Notes: generated by a model not told the origin, from the sequence alone. 58,138 nt of DNA from Gemmatimonadales bacterium (GCA_041577295.1 JBFGJG010000029.1:1-58138), one strand, 5' to 3'; positions 38,269-47,783 are shown, counted from the stretch's first letter. Made by a program: numbers and translations.

Positions 38269-38729
38269 AACGAGACATCGAGTCCCTCGGTCGGATTCGA
38301 CTGCAGGGGTTGGCACTGCTGGGACTCACGTTCCTGATCGGCACGCTCGTGGGTGTTGCTGGGGACCGGGCACTGCTGCAGCCGGAACGCCCGTCCCACC
38401 CATTCGGCCCCGGGCGCGTTTCCTTTGACGGAATCCGCGGCACCCATAGCACGTTGCCACCGCATCTCGAGCGGCTCAACCTCAGCAATGAACAGCGAGC
38501 GGCCATCGTCGCCATTCTCGAACGAACCCGACCTACGACAGACTCGATCCTCGGAACCTTCTTACCGCGTCTGCGGGCCGTGCGGGACTCGATTGGCGAA
38601 GCGATTCGGGTCGTCCTCACACCGGAGCAGCGTGAACGCCTCGAACGCGACTTTCCACGCCTACGGGGGCCAAACCGGCCTAGCCCGCCAGCTGGCTCCG
38701 GTTCTCCGAAAAGGGGACCCACGAGGTAA
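38265..38729 (+). CDS. Spy/CpxP-like (LTxxQ) periplasmic protein
   Basis: N-terminal TM, LNLSNEQRAAI and VLTPEQRERL repeats. Confidence 0.75.
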   Translation: MKRDIESLGRIRLQGLALLGLTFLIGTLVGVAGDRALLQPERPSHPFGPGRVSFDGIRGTHSTLPPHLERLNLSNEQRAAIVAILERTRPTTDSILGTFLPRLRAVRDSIGEAIRVVLTPEQRERLERDFPRLRGPNRPSPPAGSGSPKRGPTR

Positions 38730-38840
38730 CCGAGATCGTGGCGGCTAGCCTATTCCCCGCCGTGCTTCCTAGCCACTTACATTCCGCTCGGGCGAAACCC
38801 GATGTCACCGGTTTCCGTACAATGGCCAACAACAAATCCC

Positions 38841-39368
38841 ATGCGCAAACATCTCAAACGCGCCGTCATCATTCTCATCATGCTCTTCGTCATCGTGACG
38901 CTGATCTCGGTGACCTTGGGCCGGGATTTGATCGCTGGTCGCCAGCCAACACTCGCCTCATTCACGCTCATTCACTTCGCCGGATATCTCTTCTTCCTGG
39001 TGATGCCAGTGGAGATTCTCGTCCCGTATTACCTGGTCGAGGGGCATGCGGGACACGTCTTGATCCTCACCGCCGTGGCGACGGCAACGTTGGCCCAACT
39101 CATCGATTATGGGATTGGCTATCTCCTAAGCGACAAGGTGATCAACCATCTCATCGGCCCGAAGCGTTATGCTCGTGCCGAGGGCGCCATCAATAACTAC
39201 GGCCGGTGGGCAATTCTCGTTTTCAACTTGCTGCCGTTGTCTTCACCCAACTTGCTGTTGGCGGCGGGGATCGTTCGCTTCCCACTGATCTCAGCGGTCT
39301 TTTACAGCCTTGCCGGGCTCGTGGTGAAATATTGGGTGCTCGTGTTTGTCTTCCGGAACGGATGGTGA
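38841..39368 (+). CDS. DedA/VTT (SNARE-associated) membrane protein
   Basis: AQLIDYGIGY, YGRWAILVFNLLPL and LAAGIVRF; hydrophobic throughout. Confidence 0.8.
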   Translation: MRKHLKRAVIILIMLFVIVTLISVTLGRDLIAGRQPTLASFTLIHFAGYLFFLVMPVEILVPYYLVEGHAGHVLILTAVATATLAQLIDYGIGYLLSDKVINHLIGPKRYARAEGAINNYGRWAILVFNLLPLSSPNLLLAAGIVRFPLISAVFYSLAGLVVKYWVLVFVFRNGW

Positions 39369-39369
39369 T

Positions 39370-40311
39370 TTAGGGGCTGGCAATCTCACCACGTGCCGCG
39401 AGTTCCTGCGGTAGAAGACTGTGGTAGATGAAATCGTGGGTTGGCGTGGGAACTCCGACCTCGGCGCCGAGCCGCACCACCGCACCATTCCACGCGTCCA
39501 GCTCTGATCGTCGCCCCTCTGCGATATCCCGCTGCAACGACGCAGTGCCCGCGGCCGGCAACGTATCCATGAAGGCCAGGGCCCGATCCACGATCCCATC
39601 GCGCATGGCGATACCGCGCTTGCGTGCCACGGCATCGATCTCCCCCATAGCTCGATGGAGCAGCGCTCGTGTTTCGGGAATCGTGCGAACTACTCCGATC
39701 GGCGCCCGCGTCACCGCACCCATGCCACCCATGGGGACGACGAACAAGAACTTCTCCCACAGCGCCACGTCGATATCGGTGGGAATCTCGGCCGCCACAC
39801 CAGCATCCCTGAAGGCGTCGACGACTTGCTGCGCTCTCGTGCTTTTTTGGTTGTCGATCTCGCCAAGGGCGACGTAGGGCTGTGCTCCCGCGTGGCGAAT
39901 CCGGCCGGGCGTTTCGATGAAGCTGATGATCCGGGTGAGCCCCTTGAGTACGTCACGTGTACCCAACGACTGCGCAAGCTGCTCGGCTGCCTCGACACCA
40001 TTGAGCAAGGGCAGCACCGTGGTGTGTTCGCCGATCAACGGCCGCATGGTTGCGGCGGCGGCGGCCAATTGCCACGACTTGACCGCCACAATCACGAGGT
40101 CGCTCTCACCAACCTCTCGGGGGTCGTCGGTGACGCGGACGGTACCCAAGGACAGGTTACCGGTGGGGCTCGCGATCTCGAGGCCGCGCTCCCTCAACGC
40201 CGCGAGTTGGGATCCACGGGCTACAAACGACACATCATGACCAGCGGATTGGAGTCGCGCGCCGTAAAAGCCCCCCACACCGCCAGCCCCAAACACCGTG
40301 ATGCGCATCAC
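39370..40311 (-). CDS. panE: 2-dehydropantoate 2-reductase
   Basis: GAGGVGG, VAVKSWQ, LLNGV, LWEKF and SLQRDIAEGRRSELDAWNG. Confidence 0.92.
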   Translation of the reverse strand: MMRITVFGAGGVGGFYGARLQSAGHDVSFVARGSQLAALRERGLEIASPTGNLSLGTVRVTDDPREVGESDLVIVAVKSWQLAAAAATMRPLIGEHTTVLPLLNGVEAAEQLAQSLGTRDVLKGLTRIISFIETPGRIRHAGAQPYVALGEIDNQKSTRAQQVVDAFRDAGVAAEIPTDIDVALWEKFLFVVPMGGMGAVTRAPIGVVRTIPETRALLHRAMGEIDAVARKRGIAMRDGIVDRALAFMDTLPAAGTASLQRDIAEGRRSELDAWNGAVVRLGAEVGVPTPTHDFIYHSLLPQELAARGEIASP

Positions 40312-41198
40312 TCGTCCCTCAACGACTTTCGCTCGGAAACCTGCTCAGCTCGTGCAAGCAACTCCGGTGCCTCCAACAATTCACATGTTTGGGCAAACGC
40401 ATCCGTTGGTCCCCTCCACATGAGGTGATCGACCGCCGGACTGATCGGCGCACCCGTGTCGAGTGTGGCCAGCCTGCGAAACAGCAGCGCCAGTTCCATG
40501 TCGGCCGCAAGGCTCTCGGCGAGGCGCTCTGCACCACGAACCGGCACGTCCCACTCGGCCGCCGTGCGGGGAATCGCCTCCAGGTGTCGGTAGCGTCCAA
40601 GCAGCGCAGCCGTCGACTTGGCTCCCCAGCCCTTGATCCCTGGGAATCCGTCGGAGCTGTCCCCCACCAAGGCCAAGTAATCGGGGATGGAGGACGGTTC
40701 CACCCCGAATCGCGCACGAACACCTTCGGCGTCACGGATTTCCCGCTTGCGGCGATCGAATTGGACCACTCGCTTTCCCACGACGCACTGCGCAAGATCT
40801 TTGTCGGGCGTACAGATCAGAACACGCTCCACGCGGTCATCCTGAGCGGCCATCGCGGCACCGGCCGCTAAGGCATCGTCCGCTTCGTACTCGACCATCG
40901 CCCACACCGTGACCCCCAAGGCGGACAGCGCCTCCTCGAGCGGCTCGAACTGCGCGCGCAGCTCCTCCTCAATCCCGGAGCCGTCCTTGTAGCCCGGCCA
41001 CAGGTCGTTGCGAAACGATTCGATGACGTGGTCCGTTGCCACCGCCACATGGGTTGCCCCATCCGCGAGCAGCGCGAGGACCGATTCGACCACCCCCTGC
41101 GTCGCCGCCATTTCCCGGCCGTCCGAGGTCCGCCGCTTTGGGAGTGCGTAGTAGTGGCGAAACAGCTCATACGTCCCGTCGATCAAATGGACGTTCAA
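40308..41198 (-). CDS. Stand-alone 5'-3' exonuclease / flap endonuclease
   Basis: HLIDGT, SFRNDLWPGYK, YEADD, TPDKDLAQ, ALVGDSSDGFPG and GAKSTA (H3TH). Start taken as TTG 41198 after GGGAGG. Confidence 0.9.
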   Translation of the reverse strand: MNVHLIDGTYELFRHYYALPKRRTSDGREMAATQGVVESVLALLADGATHVAVATDHVIESFRNDLWPGYKDGSGIEEELRAQFEPLEEALSALGVTVWAMVEYEADDALAAGAAMAAQDDRVERVLICTPDKDLAQCVVGKRVVQFDRRKREIRDAEGVRARFGVEPSSIPDYLALVGDSSDGFPGIKGWGAKSTAALLGRYRHLEAIPRTAAEWDVPVRGAERLAESLAADMELALLFRRLATLDTGAPISPAVDHLMWRGPTDAFAQTCELLEAPELLARAEQVSERKSLRDE

Positions 41199-41257
41199 CC
41201 TGACAGCCCTCCCCCTGTCAACGTGACCCTTTCGTTTGTCAAAGTGGCCGTCTGTCT

Positions 41258-41272
41258 TGGCATGCAACTTGT
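41258..41272 (+). promoter_or_regulatory. Possible sigma54 promoter upstream of hsp20
   Basis: TGGCAT-gcaac-TTGT matches TGGCAC-N5-TTGC, but has GT instead of GC at -12. Confidence 0.35.
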
Positions 41273-41360
41273 CTCCGTCAACGCTCGACAATGTGGCTAC
41301 GGCGAGCACACCAGCGTAGCCCTTTGAGGCAACTACCACAAACCAAGGAGGCGACTGCTT

Positions 41361-41953
41361 ATGGCTATTGCCGAGAAGGTACGCTCCTCGGTCGTGGAGC
41401 TTAAGGATGATCTCCGTGACACGGTGGCGCATCTGAAAGATGAGATCGCCGATCTAAAGAACAAACTGCTCAAGAAAGAGCGGTCGAACGTACCCGTGCG
41501 CCATGAATCCGAGCAGGTCGCTCCCCGGGCGTCGTAGGGCGCCCTCGATCCCTGGTGGGGTCTACCGGCGTTCAGCCGCCTGTTCGGTTCCAGCTTCGGT
41601 GACGGGGGCCTGTGGTGGGGAACCGACTGGCCGAGCTTGGATTTGTCGAGACACATGACGAGTTCCGCATGGACGTGGAGTTACCCGGTGTCGAGCCCGA
41701 AGGCGTCGAGGTCACCGTGACGAACGGGCATCTCGTCATCCGGGGGGAAAACCGCGGACAGCACCAACAGCGACGTCGTGGCTACTGGGCCGAGCGATAC
41801 TACGGCTCTTTCTATCGCGCCGTTCCACTTTCCGATGCGGTCGATCAGGACCGTGTGGAGGCTCGGTTTGCGCGGGGACTGCTCACCATCCACCTGCCAA
41901 AGACAAAGGACTCACGGCGTCACACAAAGCCCATTCCGGTGCGTGGCAGCTGA
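41361..41953 (+). pseudogene. Hsp20/alpha-crystallin family gene, disrupted
   Basis: AAGGAGG RBS and ATG 41361, with an in-frame TAG at 41535-37. The frame continues to WPSLD, then a 1-nt frameshift near 41643 leads into VETHDEFRMDVELPG...ERYYGSFYRAVPL...GLLTIHLPK. Confidence 0.8.
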
Positions 41954-41962
41954 TCCGCGTGA

Positions 41963-43408
41963 CTACGAGGACGCCGGGTTTCCGGCGTCCTCTTGCTTTT
42001 CGACCTGGCGAGCCGTCTCGTGCAGCACATCCCATGCACGTTCCACATGCGCTCTCGTGGTATTCGCCTGCCCGATCGCCATCCGCAGGACCAACCGCTC
42101 ACCCAGACGCGTATGCGTGAGGAAGAGCCGACCAGACGCGTTCACGCGATCCATAATGGCGCGAGTCGCCTCATCGCCGTCACGGTGATAGAAGCAGACC
42201 AAGTTGAGCGAGGCCGGTGTGGCCAGCGCGAATGACGACGATTGCTCGATCCACGTGGCGAGCTCTCGTGCCCACGCCACGTGCTGGCGGACCATGGCTC
42301 GCAGTCTCTCCACGCCGTAGGACCGAATGACACACCACAGCTTGAGTGCGCGAAAGCGCCGTCCCAAGGGAATCTGCCAGTCGCGGTAGTCGATCACGGC
42401 GCCGGACTCGGTCGGCTTGTTCTTGAGGTACTCGGGGAGGATGCTCAAGGCGCCGACCAACGCAGCACGATCGGCTACGTAAAACGCACTGCAATCGAAA
42501 TTGGTCAGCATCCACTTGTGGGGATTGAAGGAATAGCTATCGGCCCATTGGATGCCAGCGTGCATGGACCGGAACTCCGGACAAAGGGCGGCCGTCCCCG
42601 CCATCGCGGCGTCGACGTGAAGCCAGGCACCGCTGTCATGACAGAGCGGGCCAATCGCAGCAAGTGGATCGATGGCCATCGACGAGGTGGTGCCAACGGT
42701 CGCACACACAAAACATGGCAGCTGCCCGTTTGCGCGATCCGTCTCGAGTGCCTCGGCGAGGCTGTCGGGCCGCATCGCGAAGGCGTCATCGACTTCGATC
42801 AAACGCAGCTGGTCACTGCCCAATCCAGCGATGCGAACGGCTTTCTCGACGGAGGAATGCGCCTGCGTCGACGTGTACACCGTGAGGTTCCCCGGGGCAC
42901 CGGTCTCATTACTGCGCCCTTGGGTCGCACGCTCTCGCGCGGCCACCAGGGCACACAAGACCGCGCTCGACGCCGTGTCCTGAATGACCCCTCCACCTGA
43001 ACCTGTCGAAGCAAATCGGGCGGGGAGCCCGAGCATCTCGACCAGCCAATCGAGCATGTGCGTTTCCACCTCGGTGCACGCCGGGCTGGTCGACCACAGC
43101 ATGCCCTGTACTGCAAGGCCAGACGAGAGAAGATCACCAAGGATGGCTGGTGCGGAGCTGTTGGCAGGAAAGTAGGCGAAGAAGTTGGGTGACTGCCAGT
43201 GCGTGATTCCGGGGACGATGATACGCTCGAGATCATCCAGGATTGACGAGAAGGGCTCGCCGTGCTCGGGCGGATGTGCCGCAAGAAGGTCCCGGACCTC
43301 TCCTGGGCGCACGCGCGACATGACCGGATACTGCTCCACCCGCTCCATGTAGCTGGCAATCCAGTCGATCACCTCACGGCCCGCCGTTCGAAATTCCTCA
43401 GGGGTCAT
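41963..43408 (-). CDS. PLP-dependent aromatic-L-amino-acid decarboxylase family (group II)
   Basis: MTPEEFR, THWQSPNFFAYFP, SPACTE, QAHSSVEKA, HVDAA, NPHKW and DYRDWQIPLGRRFRALK. Confidence 0.93.
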   Translation of the reverse strand: MTPEEFRTAGREVIDWIASYMERVEQYPVMSRVRPGEVRDLLAAHPPEHGEPFSSILDDLERIIVPGITHWQSPNFFAYFPANSSAPAILGDLLSSGLAVQGMLWSTSPACTEVETHMLDWLVEMLGLPARFASTGSGGGVIQDTASSAVLCALVAARERATQGRSNETGAPGNLTVYTSTQAHSSVEKAVRIAGLGSDQLRLIEVDDAFAMRPDSLAEALETDRANGQLPCFVCATVGTTSSMAIDPLAAIGPLCHDSGAWLHVDAAMAGTAALCPEFRSMHAGIQWADSYSFNPHKWMLTNFDCSAFYVADRAALVGALSILPEYLKNKPTESGAVIDYRDWQIPLGRRFRALKLWCVIRSYGVERLRAMVRQHVAWARELATWIEQSSSFALATPASLNLVCFYHRDGDEATRAIMDRVNASGRLFLTHTRLGERLVLRMAIGQANTTRAHVERAWDVLHETARQVEKQEDAGNPASS

Positions 43409-43528
43409 AGCGCCCACCGTCGCATGAAGATCTCTTCATCGAGCCTTATAATAACACTATAGCGATATATCTATGTTTACTCGGTACTACTACTTGCAAT
43501 GAGAAACCACTTCATGAGAACGCCCGCA

Positions 43529-44827
43529 ATGAAACGAGTCGTGATTATCGGTGCGGGGACCGCTGGCACCGTCATGGCCAACCGCCTGAGCAAGATGGCT
43601 GACCCCCAGGTCGCCATCACGGTCATCGACCCAGAACCGATGCACGTCTATCAACCTGGCCTGCTGTTCGTGCCTTTTGGGATGCACCGGCCAGAGGAAG
43701 TCGTCAAGGATCGCGTCGACTTTCTACCCCGCGGCGCTGAGTACCTGCAATCGTCCGTCGATCATGTCGTCGCGGAGCGGAACCTCGTCGTGCTCGAGGG
43801 TGGTGGCGTCGTGCAGTACGATGTCCTCATCGTCGCGACGGGAACGCGGATCGCTCCCGAGGAGACGGATGGGCTGCTGGGTGAAGGGTGGGGCGACAAG
43901 ATGTTCGAGTTCTACACGCTCGAGGGAGCAAGTGCCCTCGCTGAGCGGCTCGCCGCGTGGCCGGGTGGGCGCCTGGTGATCAACATCGTCGACATGCCCA
44001 TCAAATGCCCCGTGGCGCCGCTCGAGTTTGCATTCCTAGCCGACTGGTTTTTCACGAGACGGGGTATACGCGACCGCGTCGAGATCGTCTATGCGACACC
44101 GCTGGACGGCGCGTTCACCAAGCCCCTTGCCGCGCGACAGCTCAAACATCTGCTAACCACCAAGGAGATCGAGTTGGTCACCGAGTTCAACACTGGCCAG
44201 GTGGATGGATCCAGCGGGCGACTGATCTCTTGGGATGATCGGACCATCGACTTCGACTTGTTGGTGAGCGTTCCACTGCACAAAGGCGCGGACTTTGTGG
44301 GCCGGTCGCCGGGGCTCGGAGACGATCTCGACTTCGTCATCACGGACCAGGCAACGCTCCAAGCCAAGGTGAAGGACAACGTCTTTGCCATCGGCGACGC
44401 CACGAACGTCCCGACGTCAAAGGCGGGTTCCGTGGCGCACTTTCAAGCAGAAGTGCTTTCCGAAAACGTGCGCCGATACCTCAAGAACTTGCCACTCGAG
44501 CCGGCGTTCGACGGTCACGCCAACTGCTTCGTCGAAACAGGATTCCGCAAAGCGCTGCTCATCGACTTCAACTACGACGTGGAGCCACTGCCGGGCAAGT
44601 TCCCGCTCCCGGCCATCGGCCCGATGTCATTGCTCAAGGAGAGTCGACTGAATCACCTCGGAAAATTGGCGTTTCGGTGGATCTATTGGAACGTGCTGCT
44701 TCCCGGTCGCAAGCTGCCCGGGATATCCCATCAGTTGAGCATGCGTGGCAAGAAGAAGACGCCGAGCACCCCAACCGGAGCGGGTGCGGCGTCGGCATCC
44801 AAAAGAAAGGAGACCACAAGTGTCTAA
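43529..44827 (+). CDS. sqr: Sulfide:quinone oxidoreductase-like flavoprotein (type III-like)
   Basis: GAGTAG, YQPG, IKCPVAPLE, GDA...SKAGSVAH and GHANCF; lies upstream of sulfur-carrier genes. Confidence 0.82.
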   Translation: MKRVVIIGAGTAGTVMANRLSKMADPQVAITVIDPEPMHVYQPGLLFVPFGMHRPEEVVKDRVDFLPRGAEYLQSSVDHVVAERNLVVLEGGGVVQYDVLIVATGTRIAPEETDGLLGEGWGDKMFEFYTLEGASALAERLAAWPGGRLVINIVDMPIKCPVAPLEFAFLADWFFTRRGIRDRVEIVYATPLDGAFTKPLAARQLKHLLTTKEIELVTEFNTGQVDGSSGRLISWDDRTIDFDLLVSVPLHKGADFVGRSPGLGDDLDFVITDQATLQAKVKDNVFAIGDATNVPTSKAGSVAHFQAEVLSENVRRYLKNLPLEPAFDGHANCFVETGFRKALLIDFNYDVEPLPGKFPLPAIGPMSLLKESRLNHLGKLAFRWIYWNVLLPGRKLPGISHQLSMRGKKKTPSTPTGAGAASASKRKETTSV

Positions 44828-45143
44828 CGTTGTCACGGTCCTCGCCGGGAAAGAGATCGACGTGGACGGCGAGGGCTTTTTACAGAGACCGGAACAGTGG
44901 AACAAGGCCGTCGCGGTTGAAATCGCACGTTCGGCCGGCATCGACGAGCTCACCGATCGCCATTGGCAAGTGATCGAGTTCATGCGTCAGCGGTATCTGG
45001 AAACGGGCTCGGCTCCTTCGATCCGCTCGCTCGGAAAGCAGTCCGGCGTGCCAATCAAGGAACTCTATGCGCTGTTCCCCAAGGGACCGGCAAAGCTCGC
45101 AGCGAAGATCGGGGGTATCCCAAAACCCCGCGGCTGCATTTGA
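44820..45143 (+). CDS. TusE/DsrC/DsvC-family sulfur relay protein
   Basis: AAGGAG RBS and GTG 44820; DGEGFL, LTDRHWQVI and LFPKGP...GIPKPRGCI (single C-terminal Cys). Confidence 0.92.
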   Translation: MSNVVTVLAGKEIDVDGEGFLQRPEQWNKAVAVEIARSAGIDELTDRHWQVIEFMRQRYLETGSAPSIRSLGKQSGVPIKELYALFPKGPAKLAAKIGGIPKPRGCI

Positions 45144-45157
45144 ACGAGGGTACGCAT

Positions 45158-45694
45158 ATGACAGAATTGACGCTGGACAAAAACGTGGAAACACGTCTTC
45201 GCGAGCTGGAGCAGCAGGTTAAAACTCAAAACAACAAGGTCACGAAGGTGTCGATCATCGTGTCCCGGGGCTCCCTGGAGGGGATCTACCCCGCGCTCAT
45301 CATGGCCAATGGTGCCAGAATGGAAGGCATCGAGGCCAGCGTCTTCTTCACGTTTTTTGGGATGGACGCGATTCACCGTAAGCGGCATGAGCACATAAAA
45401 GTCGCCACTGTGGGTAATCCGGGTTTGCATCTCGCGACCTGGCTCGGTGGCTTCCCGGGCATGTCGGCATTAGTGACGCACCAGATGGCCAAGTCTATGG
45501 AGAAGCTGGACATACCACCCATTCCGGAGTTCATGGAGATGATAGCTGACTCGGGTGCAAAGCTCTATGCGTGCAAGGCGTCCGCCGACATGTTCGGCTT
45601 GACCGCGGACGACTTCATCCCTCAGGTGGAAGGTATCATCACGGTCGGGGAGTTCTACGAGCTCGCGGGTGGCGGCCAGATTATCTTTACCTAA
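45158..45694 (+). CDS. DsrE/DsrF/DrsH-like (DsrE2-type) sulfurtransferase
   Basis: YPALIMANGA, FFTFFG, LYACKAS and C-terminal QIIFT. Confidence 0.88.
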   Translation: MTELTLDKNVETRLRELEQQVKTQNNKVTKVSIIVSRGSLEGIYPALIMANGARMEGIEASVFFTFFGMDAIHRKRHEHIKVATVGNPGLHLATWLGGFPGMSALVTHQMAKSMEKLDIPPIPEFMEMIADSGAKLYACKASADMFGLTADDFIPQVEGIITVGEFYELAGGGQIIFT

Positions 45695-45720
45695 TCGCTG
45701 ACAGCTCTCGAGTTCACCCC

Positions 45721-46638
45721 ATGAGAAGCTTTCGCACTGCAGCACTGCTCTTGGTGGCATTCATGCTCGCGGCGGCAATCATGATCGCACTGAGCCGCCC
45801 ACCGCTGAGTACCTCGGCCAGCCTCTCCTCCCAGCTCGTTTCCTCCGCGTGGCTTGCTGAGCACCTAAAGGATCGCAAGCTCGTGGTGATACACGTCGGT
45901 CGTGACTCGACCAACTATCTGGCCGGCCACGTTCCCGGAGCGCGGTTTCTTCCGATCTCACACGTGGTCACCGACCGTGACGGAAGTGCCAACGAGCTTC
46001 CGTCCGTGAAAGAGCTGATCGCTGTCTTTGAGTCCCTGGGCATCTCGAACGACTCCCGGGTGGTACTCTACGACGATTCCCGGGGGCTCTGGGCTGCACG
46101 CGCGTTCTTCACGCTGGATTATCTCGGGCTCGGCGATCAGGCCGCGTTGCTGGATGGCGGACTCGACGGGTGGCGTCAGCACGGACAGTTCCTCGAACTC
46201 GGCGTTCCGCCGATAACGATCGGGAGCCTAGATGTGACGGCCCGCCCCGAGCTCGTGGTGGACGCCGAGTGGGTGCACGAACGGCTCGAACACCCCGCCG
46301 TCAAGCTCATCGATGCGAGGCCGCCCGCCCAGTACCGCGGAACAGAAGCGGGGAACGCGGTTGAGCGTCCGGGTCACATTCCGGGTGCCGTGAGTTTCTA
46401 TTGGGAGGAAGCCCTCGTCTCGGAGGACAATCCCACCTTAAGAGACCTTCCAGCGCTACGGGCGATGCTCGAACAGCGCGGCGTCGCCGTGGGCGATACG
46501 ATCGTCACCTATTGTCGCACGGGTGTCCAGGCCAGTCACGCATACTTCGTCGCGCGGCTGCTGGACTATCCCATCAAGCTCTACGATCCGTCGTTCGCGG
46601 ATTGGAGCAACCACACGACCTTCCCGGTCGCACGCTGA
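45721..46638 (+). CDS. Tandem-domain rhodanese (SseA/TST-like) with an N-terminal signal or anchor
   Basis: LVSSAWL, GHVPGA, LDGG, GHIPGA, active-site YCRTGVQAS and LYDPSFADW; hydrophobic N-terminus. Confidence 0.9.
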   Translation: MRSFRTAALLLVAFMLAAAIMIALSRPPLSTSASLSSQLVSSAWLAEHLKDRKLVVIHVGRDSTNYLAGHVPGARFLPISHVVTDRDGSANELPSVKELIAVFESLGISNDSRVVLYDDSRGLWAARAFFTLDYLGLGDQAALLDGGLDGWRQHGQFLELGVPPITIGSLDVTARPELVVDAEWVHERLEHPAVKLIDARPPAQYRGTEAGNAVERPGHIPGAVSFYWEEALVSEDNPTLRDLPALRAMLEQRGVAVGDTIVTYCRTGVQASHAYFVARLLDYPIKLYDPSFADWSNHTTFPVAR

Positions 46639-46717
46639 GCAGCGGCTGCCTGCACGCGTCGCGTAGGGCGGGACCCTGAGTTAGCTTGGGAGGAGACCTA
46701 CACGGTGCGGCCCTCCC

Positions 46718-47722
46718 GTGCGGCTTTTGCTCTCCATCGTGGTGGCCACTGGACTCATCAACGCGCCGGCAGTCTCACCGACGCCCGGACAGGACTCCAC
46801 CACCCTCACCGGGGTAGTGCTAGACAATAAGTCCCTCCCCCTTGCCAACGTGATGGTCTACCTCGACAGCGCCTCAATCGTGGACTGGACCGATGCCGAT
46901 GGGACGTTCGCGTTGACAGAAGTCGCGGTGGGGGAACATCGGATTCACTTTCGCAAAGGGAAGTGGGCTCCACGATCCTTCGAATTCTCGCTTCCCGGCA
47001 CAGCTTCAGGCTCCGTCTCCATTGGGACGATTTTCATGGATCCCGGTCCGGAACCCGCGATGTCGCTGACCGGGCTGGTGCGCGACGCCCGAACGGCCGC
47101 GGGAGTACCGGAGGCGGACATCTTCCTCAACGGCCGAGTCCTCACCCAATCGACGGACGACGGCCGTTTCGAGATTCCGAAATCCACCGTAGCGTGGGGA
47201 TCGAACCTGCTCACGGTGCGCCGCATGGGCTACACATTGGTGACCGATGTGCTGTGGGTGGGGGAACCAGTGACCAACGTTGACGTGACGGTCGAGCTCC
47301 AACCGACCGCCATCGAACTGCCAGAGGTCGTCGTGCTCGGTGACCGGACGATCTACGAGTTCGGTCGCATGCGCGAGTTCTGGCAACGGCGCCGGCGCGG
47401 ATTCGGACGGTTTTTGACGAGAGAGGATATCGAACGGCGTCCGGCATTCAACACGTCGGACCTCTTGCTCGGCGTCCCGGGAATCGTCGTGCATCGGGTG
47501 GGGTCGGAGACGCGGATTCGTAGCACCCGGTTCGCAGGGCGACAATGTCCAATGAACATATACGTCGATGGGCTGCCGATGGTGGGGGACATGAGCATCG
47601 ATGCCTACACCGCGCCAGAGTCAATCGCGGGCATAGAGGTATACTCCGGATCGTCTAGCATTCCTCCGGAGTTCAACCGGTCGAGCCGAGGCTGTGGCGT
47701 GATCGTCATCTGGACCCGGTGA
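46718..47722 (+). CDS. Exported protein with two carboxypeptidase-regulatory-like domains and a TonB-receptor plug-like domain (no barrel)
   Basis: Signal peptide, two LTGxV...TDxDGxF repeats, LPEVVV, FLTREDIE, IYVDG, IAGIEVY and terminal CGVIVIWTR. Confidence 0.8.
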   Translation: MRLLLSIVVATGLINAPAVSPTPGQDSTTLTGVVLDNKSLPLANVMVYLDSASIVDWTDADGTFALTEVAVGEHRIHFRKGKWAPRSFEFSLPGTASGSVSIGTIFMDPGPEPAMSLTGLVRDARTAAGVPEADIFLNGRVLTQSTDDGRFEIPKSTVAWGSNLLTVRRMGYTLVTDVLWVGEPVTNVDVTVELQPTAIELPEVVVLGDRTIYEFGRMREFWQRRRRGFGRFLTREDIERRPAFNTSDLLLGVPGIVVHRVGSETRIRSTRFAGRQCPMNIYVDGLPMVGDMSIDAYTAPESIAGIEVYSGSSSIPPEFNRSSRGCGVIVIWTR

Positions 47723-47783
47723 CCATGTCCCCTCCACTGCGCGACTAATCACCGCGTGAGCACTTCTCAACCCCTCACATCTC

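Noticed and set aside
41201..41220. TGACAG-N8-CTGTCA inverted repeat
   Set aside because: Only 6-bp arms around the exonuclease RBS. It could be an operator, but cannot be told from chance.
41199..41432. N-terminal extension of the 5'-3' exonuclease in the ORF track
   Set aside because: The family begins at the HLIDG motif. The extension would overlap the divergent hsp20 start and promoter region.
41535..41537. In-frame TAG in hsp20 as pyrrolysine or programmed read-through
   Set aside because: A separate frameshift follows, no pyl genes are in the window, and TAG is used as a normal stop elsewhere.
44820..45143. DsrC as evidence of dissimilatory sulfate reduction or reverse Dsr
   Set aside because: It lacks the second conserved Cys, and no dsrAB or dsrMK genes are nearby.
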